The notes: generated by a model from the sequence alone, not told the origin. DNA of 64,000 nucleotides from Macrostomum lignano (GCA_002269645.1 NIVC01000390.1:124001-188000), one strand, 5' to 3'; positions 13,800-27,046 are shown, counted from the first letter of the stretch. Numbers and translations: made by a program.

Positions 13800-14633
13800 T
13801 TCTACTATGGGAGACAGTGACGGTTGCTGACAATGCTATTAGCTGACTATCAGCTGACTTCTATATGCCAGGCTGGCTGGCTAAGTCAGGAGCCATGGCT
13901 GCTTTGATCTAGCTATAATTCAGAAAGCAATAATTCATAGTTTGAGTTTGAGAAAGTATATAAAATCAAATGCAATATCTACATATGAGTGTACTTCTAG
14001 ACCTTTTGCTTTATTGGTTTTAATATTACTTAAAATGCTTAATATATAAAGCATGCTGCAATGTAAAGGTAAAAATAATTGCCTAATAAAATATGGTAGC
14101 AAGGGGGCCATAGGCCAGTGGTCTAGTGTGGCACTCCAAGGTGCCAGTCACATTAATTTGGGGTAAATTGGAATATCAGCTTTTTGGTCTCCTTGTGCAA
14201 TTAACACCCTTAAAGGCCAAAATTCAAGGCACAATAAAGTGTATATTTCTAACAATAAATAAAGTTAAGGCTATAGTACATTCCAGAATGTATGCCTATG
14301 TTTATGATTGCATATGCATCCATCCATGCATTGTATGCTTGCAATGCTTGAGAGCTAGTGGAATGGGCAATAATGCCTCTTACCAATAGTGACAATGCTT
14401 CTTAAAGTGCACCAAGATCCACATAGCCCCTTGCCTCTAACTAAACAATCTAGCAAATGGCACATTTTTAATTAACTGTTTTAAAACTTGACATTTATTG
14501 GGGTTGAACTTTGGATTTCATGTTGTTTTGCTGTCTCTCTTGCTCTCTCTCTTATGACTAATCATTCTTGCGTACTATTGCTTTATCATTATCTATTTGT
14601 ACATTGGTGCTTGCCAGTGTTCATGGTTTTAAC

Positions 14634-15010
14634 TAGAGGTCAGACGGGATCCTGATCCCGATCCCGAGGAAAATTGAATTCCCGCGGGACCAGAATCCCG
14701 ACCCTAAAAAACTCGAGATTCGGGAACAGGTATTTCAATTAATAATTTATAGAATTAGTGATTACTTGAAGGTATTTTGCTTTAACTTGTACTCGTTACA
14801 TTATTTACTTTGTTGGTTACAAAACTTCATATCAATTTCATTGTGTTTTACTTCTTGATCTTGACAATCTTTTCTCAATTTTGTTTAACTTTACATGGAC
14901 AATACACTAAAAGACCTGATCCCGATTCCCGAATCCCGATCCCAATCCCGAGAAAAAAATTATTCCCAATCCCGATCCCGCCCGAAGATTTCAATCCCGT
15001 CCGACCTCTA
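14634..15010. mobile_element. hAT-type MITE, 377 bp
   Basis: TIRs TAGAGGTC(A/G)GACGGGAT; 8-bp TSD GTTTTAAC/GTTTAAAC (1 mismatch); subterminal ATCCCG repeats. Confidence 0.85.
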
Positions 15011-17501
15011 GTTTAAACCCCCTGCCAATCAGATGGTGTTTGTCAATTGTTGTATGTGGTTTCATGTTATATAGTCAAATAAATACTTGTATCACTTTGG
15101 TATAGTTCTATTTGGTATAGTTTTTTCTCCTTTGCTTGCAAACATGACTTGACTCAGTTTTGGTATACTAACAATATTGATATTATATTATTGTTTTAAA
15201 CAAAAATAATTTGTGCAACATCAAATTTATAATATCTAGTATGTAAATATATTAAAAATTTAGAATTATAGTAAAAAAATTCTACATTGATCACATATAT
15301 ACTTACTTACTGACAGAATTTTTAGTATATGGATTTTTCTAATTCTAATTTTGTATGCAAATTTGGGTTTCAAAAAAGAATATAAATCAAAATGGCTACA
15401 CACAAAATGGCCACATGTCAAAATGGTTACAAATCAAATAAAAATAGTCACATATCAAAATAACCACATATAACAATTAAGTGTTGAATAGATAAAAGCA
15501 TTTAAAAGTTTGGCAATGTCTTGGATGATGATCACCAAGTGAAGTGATAATCACCTTAAAAAATTAAATAAATAAAGCTTGGAAGTTCTTAGAACAATAT
15601 TAACAAACTGTTTCCAGAGATAGAAGATTTTGACTTTCATGGAATAAATGATTCTGGCACTTTATATTAATTAGCACCTCATGTATTATATCTATTTCAG
15701 ATAACAATCATTTAAATATGAAAAATTCCTTTAAATGATTGTGTTCTGAAACTACAGCACTTCTTGTCAATGTAGCTTTTAAGCAGTCATTAAACTATCC
15801 ATCTTTTTAATCAATGAGCACCTTGTCTACTATTTCATTTCAGTTTTGTAAGATGATCATTAAGTACAAAAATTGCCTTAAAATGATTGCATTCCAAAAC
15901 TACAGCACTTTTTGTCTCTAGAGTCTAGCATCTCACTCAAGAGGCCTCAACTTCCATTGAGGCCCCCACTTCCACTCTATACATAATGCAAAGAGAACTT
16001 TAAAGAGAATTAAGATGGGTTACAAAGCGAAATGTGCGCCATGCCACCCCCTTCAATTTTGGAAGACGATCATTTTAATGTTATTATTACATACAAATGA
16101 TCATTAACCGGATGTATACAGTGCTTCAGCCTACATTTGCAGAATACTTGTTTGCTGGAAGAGTGGAAAAATGAAATAAAAAGTACAAATAATATAAAGT
16201 GTACAACTTTATTAAATATGGTTTTTAATTTAGATGTTTAGTATCCAATATTAGTATATAATCCAGTCTAGTGTAGGCCTACAGGCTTTAGTCAAAAGAA
16301 GTAGGGTCGGTGGTCGTCTGGTCGATTCATTCACTGATTCAAAATATGCATAGTTGAGTCATTGAGTGTAAATATTTTTATAGGTAATGAAGTATTTAGA
16401 CAAGTAGCTATTTTGAAAAATCTTTACTGGTATTGCTTTACTGGTACGGTTCCATTACTTCAGTAAGTTCGGTGCAATAAATGATGCTGTACTCGATTAT
16501 CGATTACATTTGCATGCGTGTTTATTTTATGGAAAGCTGGATTTCAAATTTTTTGTCGCGATTATTCATAAGTAATTATTAACAACACAAAACACATTTT
16601 TAGTATTAATCAATAGATTATTCGATTTCTTGGATGATAGTTTTGATTTATTTAATTATTTAATAGAATTACATTTAGGAAATTCTTAAGGTTCCATTAT
16701 TGAAGAAGTCTTTACCCACCCGTGTTTGCTTAAAACTAACGAAAACAGCACGTGTTAAGTTACTAGTTTACTAGTTGCCTGGGTATTGCCTACCATTGTA
16801 ATAGCTTGTTTGCTTCGGCAGTAGACTTTTTAAAACGAAGTGTTGCACTGTAAAAAATTTCTGACTCTGCTGCTATGCTTTCTATAATTATAATAACTTT
16901 TTAGAATCTGATTAAATTTTCGGCTGCGGTTTGCGCTAGGCTTGCCTTGAGCAAACCGCGGCTTTAGTGCCCAAGCGCGCTGCGTCTGTGCGCCCCCCGC
17001 CGCGTGTGCACGTTCTGTGTTGTTTAGTAGGTGGGCGCCCACCCCTCCGCCGGCGGGGGGGTATTTTATTCCAGCCGCGCTGCTCAGCAGGCAGTGTTTT
17101 CGCGCAGTTCTTTTTTTTTCTTTTATCCTTATTCTTTTAATCATTAAAATATAAATAAAGAGGCCTCGTTACTGCTTTCGCTTTTGCCAACATCGCGTAT
17201 TCGTGTTTTGCTTTGGGGCACTAAACTTCGTTTTCGAGGTTGCTATGTCTGTGTAGCCGTGTTAAATAATAGAGCCCAAATGGTGGTGTGGTTCTTAGGT
17301 GTTATTTTTGGATTGATTAATAAATTGTGAACTTGCCAAATTGTCAAGGTTAGTTGGCAAGGTAGAGTGCAATGTTGCAATATATTATCGAAAGAATGTG
17401 CTGGAATTACGAGTAACAGAGGGCTTAATATATATGTTGGAACATATTTATCGCGAAAATTTATAAATTACAATGCTACTACGTACAGATAATATTCAAT
17501 A

Positions 17502-18199
17502 CAAGGACGACTTAAGTAGAAGGACGGGAAACCTCGTTTCTTAGAAAAGTTTTGAAGGCACTTTTTCCCGAAAAAATACACTACGGAGATAGGAAGTTTT
17601 CATTTTTTCAGCACAAAAATTGTTATTGCGTTTGATAGGAGGCAGATCCACTGTTCATATTTTGATATGTTGTGCCTTTTTTATTGCTCTATCGATATTT
17701 TTAAAGCTTTTCGTTCAGGAAATTAGGATTCTATGTTAATTTTTTATTCTTCGTATATTTTCGCGTGTCTTGTGCTTGAAATACATTAGAATGCCACGGC
17801 TCGGCTCTTTGGTTTTATGAGTCTATTTTATCATTCTTACCCGACTGTGTAGCAAATATTTGTAACAGAGATGATAAAATAGGTTCATAAAACCAAATAT
17901 TGGAGCTGTGTCATGCATTTTTGTGATTTTTAGATTCAGGAAATATACGTAGAATCAAAAATTAACATAGAATCCTAGTTTTCTGAACGAAAAGCTTTAT
18001 AAATATCGATAGAGCAATAAAAAAGGCACAACATATCAAAAGATGAACACTGGATCTGCCTCCTATCAAACGCAATAACAATTTTTGTGCTGAAAAAATG
18101 AAAACTTCCTATCTCCGTAGTGTATTTTTTCGGGAAAAAGTGCCTTCAAAACTTTTCTACGAAACGAGGTTTCCCATCCTTCTACTTAAGTCGTCCTTG
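17502..18199. mobile_element. Foldback non-autonomous DNA transposon with about 260-bp TIRs, CAAGG termini and 8-bp TSD (P/Galileo-like or hAT)
   Basis: The arms are reverse complements (CAAGGACGACTTAAGTAGAAGGA...). Perfect TSD ATTCAATA at 17494-17501 and 18200-18207. Confidence 0.88.
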
Positions 18200-18726
18200 A
18201 TTCAATATTTATATAGAGAGAATATAACATATGTAGAAGCGGAATTATATTCTTATAGAAGAGGCTATAGTTTAAATTTACGCGAAAATTAAATACACTG
18301 TACGTATGTTTTAATTTGCAAAATATTCTTAATATTCGATGTTTGTGTAACGAGTCCGGTATATCTAAAATATTTTAAATAAATATAACTTTAAATATTT
18401 TAAATATTTAAAGCCCCATAGTATTTGCTTACAGAAAATACTATGGGGCTTTTCACATTACCAATTCCAGAACCAGAATCGATTCGGATCTTCCAAGAAA
18501 AAAAGCAGTATAACTATTTAACTTTGTTGAATTTTTGACTGCCTTACAGCTTCACTTTGCACAATTTTTCACTTTCTTTTTGCCTATTGCCATTCAATAA
18601 TCACAACTTAAAAGCACTTATATCCCTCTAGTTTAGGAGACAAAAAGTTATACTTTACAAATTGGATCTGGTTCTAGAACCAGAACAAGCAATATGAAAA
18701 GGCCTTATAAGTGGCATGCTTAAATA

Positions 18727-19892
18727 TGAGTCTAATTTCTTGGAAACGAAATCTAATTAAACAAAATATTTAAAATATACCATTAGAACCCTAGAATAAA
18801 TTCACGTACATAATTATTACAGCATAAAGAATAGCATTTGATTTTACTTAAGTTTAATTAAAGAAACACAATCGCTTCAAATTCATAATTATCAAACCAT
18901 TAAAAAACCAAAAAATAAATCATTATATATTTTTTAAATATACACGATCAATCTAGTATAAATAGGAGCAGAGTTTGAGGAGAAGAGACCAACTCGTTCA
19001 CTTGCTATAAGCTTAAAAACGTGTTCACTGAAAATCGTTCTCAGATTCATAAGGTATCATGCAAATCATTTTGTAGTAAGAAGTGCTAAGAAGTATTCGG
19101 AGAAACTCGCTAAAGGAATCAGGAGTATATGCAAGGGAGTACATGCATTAGAAGTACATGCTAAAAGCAAACGCCGTGACCCTCTAATCTCGGTAACGCC
19201 CAGACTGGAGAATAGTATATAAACCAGTAAGCCCGCTCAGGCCAGAAGGAACATAGACGCTACCAGACTTATACAGAGACGCTACCAGATCTATGCCGAA
19301 GACACTACTAAAAGTATACTAAGAACGCTACCAGAACACTACCAGTACGCTACTAAGAACGCAAACCAGAACGCTACTAAGAACGCTATCAGAACGCTAC
19401 CAGAACGCTACAAGAACGCTACCAGAACGCTACCAGTACGTTACTAAGAACGCTACCAGAACGCTACCAGAACGCTACCAGAACGCTACCAGAACGCTAC
19501 TAAGAATGCTACCAGAACGCTACCAGAACGCTACCAGAACTCTACCAGAACGCTACCAGAACGCTACCAGAACGCTACTAAGAACGCTACCAGAACGCTA
19601 CCAGAACGCCACTAAGAACGCTACCAGAACGCTACCCAGCTTATACTAAGGCAGAAGTAACCCTAGGACAACTTAGTGGTTTACAGTGGAATTTAGATTA
19701 CCCATACGACAAACCTTTGGTGGCAGCTTTTAGAATTCGAAAAAGAGAGAAGTAAGGCCCTAGCACAGCTTGGTGGCACCAGTGTGAGTAACATTAAGAG
19801 ATGGAGGCAAACACTTTATCACAACTTTGGTGGCTCAGCGGTGGGATATTGTTAAGAGGGAAGCCTCTTACGCATATGTGTCACGGGTCTCA
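18727..19892 (+). mobile_element. Solo LTR C of the same gypsy lineage as elements A and B
   Basis: TGAG...CTCA ends with candidate TSD AATA; TATA box GTATAAATAGG near 18955; shared GTGACCCTCT, CCGCTCAGGC and ACGCTACC blocks; PBS-repeat array at 19660-19875. Exact ends are less certain than the identity. Confidence 0.75.
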
Positions 19893-20447
19893 AATAATCA
19901 TGGGTCTCAACGAGCTTTCCGGCAGGAACAAACTCTTTTGATGCAAATAACAAGTTATTTGTAAACCAAATGTCCGCTTAAAATACTTTAATGGAGGTTC
20001 AAAAAGTTTTGAAGGCTGAAAAATCAGCCTTCAATTTTTTCTGTGATTCGTGAGTGCAGAGTCCTAATACAGTGGTCCTTGATTGACATGCAGCAGAAAT
20101 GTCTTCTTTACCATGATGGGGCAATCCGTCTTAGGCTAAAACATGTTAATGCCATTCAAACTCCGATTTTCTCAAAAGCTTCCTGTTCCAGCTGGAGTGA
20201 CTGTTAAGAAGCTGCAATAGCAATAAAACCCATTGCCATTCTAGAAAAGATTGGCATAAAAAAATGACTTTTTAAAAGCTCCGTTACTTGCTTTTAACTT
20301 CGACAGTTACTACAAGAATCGAATGAATAAAATTGGCAACCTGACCAACAGCAATTGCCATAGTGTGGCAGTAGGATTAGACTGACGTATTTTGTAAAAT
20401 CTTGTTAAGCTCCAAAGTATTCGACTCGACTCTGCCGCAATCTTACA

Positions 20448-21377
20448 ATGAAGCTAAAGCTTCTGTCTTACCTGCTATTAACTGCCATATTTGCGTCGGT
20501 AGAATCCAGCACTTTCGAGTCCGACAGGCAGTCGGAGTTCTTTAGGCAGATGTCGCTACCCGGTGTTCCCACGAGTTGCCATAGACTGGTGAAGACTCAG
20601 ACAAAGTATCAGGCCGACTGTCTGATGCAGTGGATGAGGCTGAAGCGGGAGGGCGCTGACCCCGGCTTCATCCACTACACCTCATTAGCTGAAGCAGAAT
20701 GCTGCGAGATCTCCGCCTGGTGCGACGAGCTGCTGCTGAACGAGTCGGAGCCGCGCACCACTGAGCTACTGACGTCTCAAAGCCAGCTCAGACTCGTGCT
20801 GTTCGCGGTCAAGTCTGCTAGCCAAGTCAACGTACTGGACTCGTACCTGACGCCCATCGACTGCAACCGGTCTCTCCTGCTGTCACCGCTCGTCGGACCG
20901 CCTCCGATGGACTTTTGGCGCTCTTGTTGGCTCGACCGACTTCCGGATCTTGTGAGACTCGTGTCCGGCAAGACGATCTCGGTCGAGCTGCTCAAGGACG
21001 GTGTCACGGTGCTGAAGATCTCGTTTGACGCCAGGTTCTCGGGACTGAATGCAACGAATTGGTTCAGCAAGGACAGGCTTGTCGGCAGCGAGCCGGACTT
21101 GGGTCTGGCGTCCAGGACCTACAACTACTTTTCTATGGATGGTCATATTCATGCTAGCCTGGACGGACTCAAGCGGACATTCTTCATCAACACGAATTAC
21201 GGCGGCTGCGGAGCAGATGTTGGCGTCTTGGCTGTTGCGGAGAGGTACGATCTTTGTGCGTGGGCTCAGACTGGTGGGAGCAGCGCGGATCTGCCGAAAA
21301 TTCTGTACAACCCACAGGTCGGCCTGTGGGACAACTTTGTGAAGCCAGCGGACTACATGCTCGTCACAGTCGACTGA
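20448..21377 (+). CDS. Intronless secreted protein, 309 aa, with a Cys-containing N-terminal module and an unnamed C-terminal domain (NWFSKDRL..NYFSMDG..FFIN..YGGC..D.G)
   Basis: Long ORF with coding-like GC and an N-terminal signal peptide (MKLKLLSYLLLTAIFASVES). The C-terminal motif order resembles uncharacterised marine invertebrate proteins (from memory). Confidence 0.85.
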   Translation: MKLKLLSYLLLTAIFASVESSTFESDRQSEFFRQMSLPGVPTSCHRLVKTQTKYQADCLMQWMRLKREGADPGFIHYTSLAEAECCEISAWCDELLLNESEPRTTELLTSQSQLRLVLFAVKSASQVNVLDSYLTPIDCNRSLLLSPLVGPPPMDFWRSCWLDRLPDLVRLVSGKTISVELLKDGVTVLKISFDARFSGLNATNWFSKDRLVGSEPDLGLASRTYNYFSMDGHIHASLDGLKRTFFINTNYGGCGADVGVLAVAERYDLCAWAQTGGSSADLPKILYNPQVGLWDNFVKPADYMLVTVD

Positions 21378-22778
21378 ATTCGGATCGGAGATTTGATTAA
21401 AACTTTCGATTTGAGTCGCTTTGAATTTGAATTTGATGGAAAAAACAACCTGAGAACACCCCCCCCCCCGATCTTTTAAAGGTTTTCATTTAATGTCAAA
21501 ATTGTTACCTGGAACTGTAGAAACATCAGGTTTAGATAATCGCTTTGAATATTCTGCGTCTGAAAAAGAAATATCTGTCTTTGAGTTAAACATCGTGTCC
21601 GTCGAACTCTAAAAAGACCCAAAAATCTATGACAGCAACTATATGCTTAATAGCTTTCCAGACGATTACGAGTACACAGGCTCTCCAAGACCTATGGATT
21701 CTGCATGCTGCATCTGCAAACAATTGTTTGTCGCTTGTCATTTCTTTTAATTCAGCAATACTTGCTATCAGCTAACCACCTACAATTTATTCCTAACTAA
21801 TTTTTGGACATGGCGGGCATTGTATACAAGAAGGCTGCTATTGTTCTTGTCTAATACTCGTACTAAATTAAATCCTGACGAAGCGAACTACAATTTCGGG
21901 ATCTGCAGCACAACTGCCGCTCCTGAAACTCTGTGTGCCAGACTCGTACATGTACAGCTTTCTCCGGACGCACATTTTGGGTTTCAAGCGACTTGACTTT
22001 CGTTGCGCGCGCGTTTTTGTGCATTTGTAAAGTTTGTGTAGACCAAGAAGAAACGTCATGTCAAACATAGAAGATTCATTTGGGACAAGGCTTGAAAGGA
22101 ATCGCTATAATGCTGTGACTTAGGGATAACTACTAAAATGTCAAGGTTTACGGGGGAAGAATTGCTAAGATGTCAGTGCTTTAGGGTTATGGCTATGTTT
22201 GGTTTAGGGTTAGGGTTAGGTTTAGGGGGCATTGCTGAGATTTAAAGGCTCACGGGGGATTGTTGAGATTTCAAGGCTCACGGGGGGTTGCTGAGGTTAT
22301 TGCAAGGAGAAGCTATATGTACTCCATTCTTTGTTGGCTCTCCAACGGGTGGCGCTGATTGCTAGTATTGTCTCATTTCGTTACACAGTGAATAAGCTAG
22401 TGAGTTAGTGGTTGCCCCCCACAGACCAAATTATACAGTCAAATCATTGAATACACTCTTTAGCGAACTATCTATCTACCGTAGAAGTGAATAACACTTC
22501 TGTTGTACAGTACATATACATGGTAAGTGAATCCAAGACGAAAGATAGATGAATCAGGGCCAAGGGTCACTATAGCCATGCAATGAACCACTATAATCGC
22601 TACATGTTGCGTAACACATTTCGTATACATTTATGGCAAAATTTAGCATATAAAACTGCGTGCCCAGCGCAGAATTGAAATATGAAAGCTTTTCTTGCGG
22701 TGCAGTGTTAGCAGTATCAGGCAGTGCGTCATATACTGTGCTAGAAAGGCATATCCGATCCTTAAAAATTGCACTCAG

Positions 22779-23086
22779 TTGAGCTGGCTAACTCAACACC
22801 ATCCAGTCTGCACGAGGCGCAGTGCTGGCTGCCAATCTGCCAGCCGTGTCATCAGCCGCAGTACTGCCTGCTAGGCGACTGCGACAAGGCCTGTATCAGC
22901 GGCTGCATATTCGGTGGAAGTTTATTCCTGTTGGCAGCCTGTCTCACTCTGACTGTGTGGCAACTCTGCTGCAAAGAACACAACCGGGACCCGGAGCTGG
23001 TGCCCGCTACATGTACAACCGCGGCATCAGCCGCTGCTGACGTGACATCTGGGACAGCTGCGGTCGGCGGGTCGGGGAAAGTACAG
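22779..23086 (+). CDS. Internal exon of a small Cys-rich single-pass membrane protein; 5' exon not identified
   Basis: cag|TT acceptor and CAG|gtaac donor. Cys cluster CWLPICQPCHQPQYCLLGDCDKAC is followed by hydrophobic ISGCIFGGSLFLLAACLTLTVWQLCC. Confidence 0.55.
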
Positions 23087-23735
23087 GTAACATACTATTT
23101 ATTGCAAAGTGTTTTAATCATGTTCCTTACTTATTAATATTTACTTATTAATACTTATAAATATTTGCTTGTACGCTCGTTTCCCGATTTTATCGATCAA
23201 GTGCTAGCCGAGAAAAATGACCTGCATATCTATACCTTTGCCGGGACAGGGTAGCTCAGCTCAGCGGTACAGGCCGCTTTGCATTGCTTGAAATATTCAA
23301 AATTTTTCGATTTGACCCCCGAAGCTACATCCTGTACATCCTGTGTGAGCTTTTGCAATGCTCAGGGCTCAGGGGAATGGGCCTGACTGCTCCCCTCCTC
23401 GCTGCAGGTCAACTGTTGCCTTGATTTGCGGTAGCGCCCAAGCTAGGATTCAAAATAACTGAAATAGGGGGGGGGTCTATATCTGGCCTCGAGTGCTTCC
23501 CAACAGTGCAGTAGGCATTGGTAGTCGGAGATGAAACTTACGCACCTCAAAATTATGTAGACCTATTTTCAAATTACCGAGACAGATTTTGTAACGTTTT
23601 TTAAGATTACTCAAATCAATGTACAGTTTGTTCAGACCCATTTATCGTAAAATTGGCAGGGAGCAGGTAGATCTTTTGTTTATTTTCATCGGTTTTTGTC
23701 AATAACTGAAAAACAACACACAATTCCCCACCCAG

Positions 23736-23921
23736 GTGACCAAATATGGAAGCATACGCAATGAGGAGCGCAAAGCGACGCACTCAGATCCACACCAGGT
23801 GGCAACGTCAAATGGTCTTCGAGAGCTCAACAACAGTTCAGATGAAGCCAGCACGGGATTCTCTGGGTTTTATCTGCCAGCATCTCCCGTGGCGTCTAGT
23901 GTGGCATCAAGTACTCAGTAG
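23736..23921 (+). CDS. Probable terminal exon of the same membrane protein (Ser-rich cytoplasmic tail)
   Basis: cccag|GTG phase-0 acceptor matches the preceding donor; open to TAG. Confidence 0.5.
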   Translation: MTKYGSIRNEERKATHSDPHQVATSNGLRELNNSSDEASTGFSGFYLPASPVASSVASSTQ

Positions 23922-25075
23922 ATAGTATTCAAAAGGCTACAAATTTGTGCAGCTTGCATAAAAGCCACACTGCCAAATGGGCTTTAGAAATGTAGAATTT
24001 TTACTTCCAAAATTTATCATTAAGTAACAATGCCGTAATTAAACTTCAAATGTGCCAATCAAAATAAATAATGCAAGCCTTCGTGTCATAAACATATTTT
24101 GGGATTTTGAAAAGCAAAAACAAACAAACAAACGTGAGACCGTCAGTTGGATTTTACCAAACAGTAGCCTCTGTGCTTGGGTGCAAACATGTGAGCAGAG
24201 TACCGACCGAGTGTCAGTGTGTCGTCGATTTCAATCAGGAAACGCCGAGTACTCGACTGTTCTTAGCGGTAGGGTGCCTGCAGCGTCAGAACGGATGGGG
24301 TGACCGTTCCGCAGGCTCTGGTGACCTGATGCCCGCAGCCACAGGTGGCCTGGACGGACCAGGCCGGCGCGGTGATAAAGTACCGCATTGGTGACTCGCT
24401 CGTCGCCTATCTCGACCCCTACCCGCAACTGACATACATCAGAGCTTCGAAATGCATGCAAAACTTTAATTTTGAACTCGAGATATCCCCATAGCTCATT
24501 TTCTGGAACTATAATCCAGTTGAACTGTAATTTGCTGAACCATTGAAGATCCTTGTTGTCCTGTCATTTATAGTCTTAATTAACAATCTATTGGCATGAA
24601 TGCTTAGGCATTGAGACGACCCGCGATTCAAGGGTAGAATTACAGGTAGCAGCTATAAAACAACTGTTCGATAAGATGTCACCAGTTAAAATTGGAAGGC
24701 TGATATAAATTGTTGAGGAAGCACCTTCATCTGACTCCAACGTTTCCCACCAACTTTGGAATTTAGTTGATTTCAACGAAAACATTTACTGAGCACGCAA
24801 TTATTTTAGTTTATACAGTACTTTACTATGCATGCTTTAGTGACCAAAGTCAGCATGACAGCTAAAATAAGGCTAATTTGAAGAATTGCCGCAGCTTAAT
24901 AGTCCAATCCGATTGCTATGTTTGGAACTCGAATGCTTTTTGCGTAGGGTTTCAACCATAGACCAGTTTAATGTTGCTTAGAGAATCTGCGGGATAATCT
25001 TGACAGCACCGGCTCATATTGCATAGTCAACGTTATAGTAAATTAATAGTTATTATTATTGCACATCTGCCAATA

Positions 25076-25335
25076 ATGTCGGATAAAAAAGCATCGATCC
25101 CCATTGGCGACAAAAATAACAGCAGCAGCAGCACCCAGCTTGTCGGGAACAGTTCAACCAGCGAGTCATCACTGGAGGAAGCCGCTACAATCAGCAGCTC
25201 ACCGCCGATTTTGTCGACACCGTATCCACTAGAAGATAAGAGCGCCATATTCAAGAAAATGTATGCACACAGCATTGGCTACTCGATACAGGCGGCCAAT
25301 ATGGATAGTGTTAAATTGAGAACCAGCGCTGCTAG
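25076..25335 (+). CDS. TTLL10: TTLL10-like glycylase, exon 1
   Basis: ATG at 25076 and AG|gtacgt donor (phase 2) join exon 2 in frame. Confidence 0.65.
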
Positions 25336-25426
25336 GTACGTTCTAGAGTCTTCTTGAACTCTGCTTTTAAGTACGAGTAGTTGGGACACTTACGAAAAAG
25401 CTATGGTCAATGATCAGATAATTGAA

Positions 25427-26390
25427 TGTTAGACTGGGGCTGACATCCTCGAACTTTAATCTGAGAACGACAATAGACTAGTAGAAACATTCTGAGCAAC
25501 TGTGATTTTTTCCGCGGTAGTGTGCGATCCTGAGAGATTCTGCGCGAACTTTAGGTCTATTTTAGAGCATCTAGTTGATACACGACTCTATTTTATCCCA
25601 TTCATCCCATTGGAGAGCAATAGGTGATGTGTTCCTTACTACCAAGACTTTCTTAGTAATCAAGGAACAATCACTTCTAGCTACTGCTAGGCAACCCTGT
25701 AATCAAAGGAAGGTATCTATTACCTTGAGTCCTGATCAGAAGATCTCTTCCGGTGCGTATAGTTCTCGGTCTCAATCAGTTCAGACGTCTTGATTTAGTT
25801 GTTCCGGTCCAGGTTCCTTTTTACTTCCAACGAAGTCTTTTCCGGCCGGTATCTGTCGTTCGGACCACTAGGAAGCTTCGAATCAACAATGGGGATCCCT
25901 GCGCTGCGCTGCGGTTTTAAAGTCTACTCCTTCTAGCAGTGGATTAATCCACTCTAGGTATAGCTCCGGTAATCACTGATAGTATTCTCGAGGCTATCAG
26001 GGTAGTCCTTCTGGAGACTATTACCAATGGAGTCTCAAATAGACTCAGTCACAATATCACTCTTGAGTCGACTCGACAACTAGCGCAAATGAGTAAGGCT
26101 TACCGCAAATAACTCAGCCGAGTCTTGGTTGACTTGGTCTGAAGGAAGCCTCTTGCCGGCTTCCTCTTCGGAGCTCTTCTTCTCTCTGAAAGGATCTAAT
26201 GCTCCGGTTCGCTTCGGACCCCTTGTACGGACCCCTTAGCGTATTTATAGGTAATTTTTGTGAAATAGCAACATGATTCATCTTTTAGTTATAAATATAT
26301 GGTTCTTCTTTGCGTTATAAATAGTAACCTGACTCACAGTTTAAGTTTTGCTGCGCATGTTTGCATTAGTCTACTTACAGTAGCATTTCA
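25427..26390 (-). mobile_element. Solo LTR E (different family, no PBS array) in TTLL10 intron 1
   Basis: TG...CA ends flanked by 4-bp TGAA on both sides; TATA box CCTATAAATACG on the minus strand near 26245. Confidence 0.6.
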
Positions 26391-27046
26391 TGAATATTGA
26401 CACTCTAGATAGGGAGTGACGCGGATGGGACATCTTGGCTTGACAAGTTACCGGCTGGTCGGTGAGATGCGGAGCCTAGCTAAAATAATTATTCGCAGGA
26501 GAGTTGTTGGCACCCTGGCGCAGCGCCTTCGGCAGCATCGTCCCACAATCAGCGGTGAGGCAGCTCTGCCCATTCCGCTGACTCCTAAGCACATGCAAGC
26601 GCGCCAATACCGTACGCAGGCACAGGGTGTACAACAGCTCTGACTTTCTAGTCGTCAGGCATGTGCTGACAACCTCTGTGCCTTGAGAGTTTGGCCTCTT
26701 GGGCTAATTTTTGTTATCAAAAGTCCCAAATCAATTTGGCCTTGCACGAAATAGAATCAGGGGCCGTTGCGCGAGAGTCAGACACGCGCCTACTGCAAAT
26801 TGACATAAGGCTCCCATTTTCCCTTTATGAATTCCTCTGGTGCTGCCACGTGAGGCACAAAAAGATGGGATCTTCGATGATTTTAAAGTCATTGCTTAGT
26901 CCAATAGTGGGATCCGTCAGAGAAACCGCCCCAATGACAACCGCTTTCATTTTTCGGACCAAGTTGGCAACCCCCCTTTACCAAGATTATTTTCTGTGAA
27001 GACTGAAGATAGCACCAATCCTTACACTGAATTCCCACGCACACAG

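Noticed and set aside
18411-18451. 16-bp perfect hairpin (AAGCCCCATAGTATTT) resembling a terminator or pre-miRNA
   Set aside because: Too short for a pre-miRNA and adjacent to probable MITE ends (18446-18703); most likely transposon debris.
22190-22230. TTAGGG telomere-like tract
   Set aside because: Only 3-4 degenerate units; not evidence of a chromosome end or fusion.
24107-24480. GC-rich segment with a weak PAN-like Cys pattern and a second frame (VAWTDQAGAVIKYRIG)
   Set aside because: Could be a small gene or pseudogene, but no consistent start, splice phase or family motif could be established.
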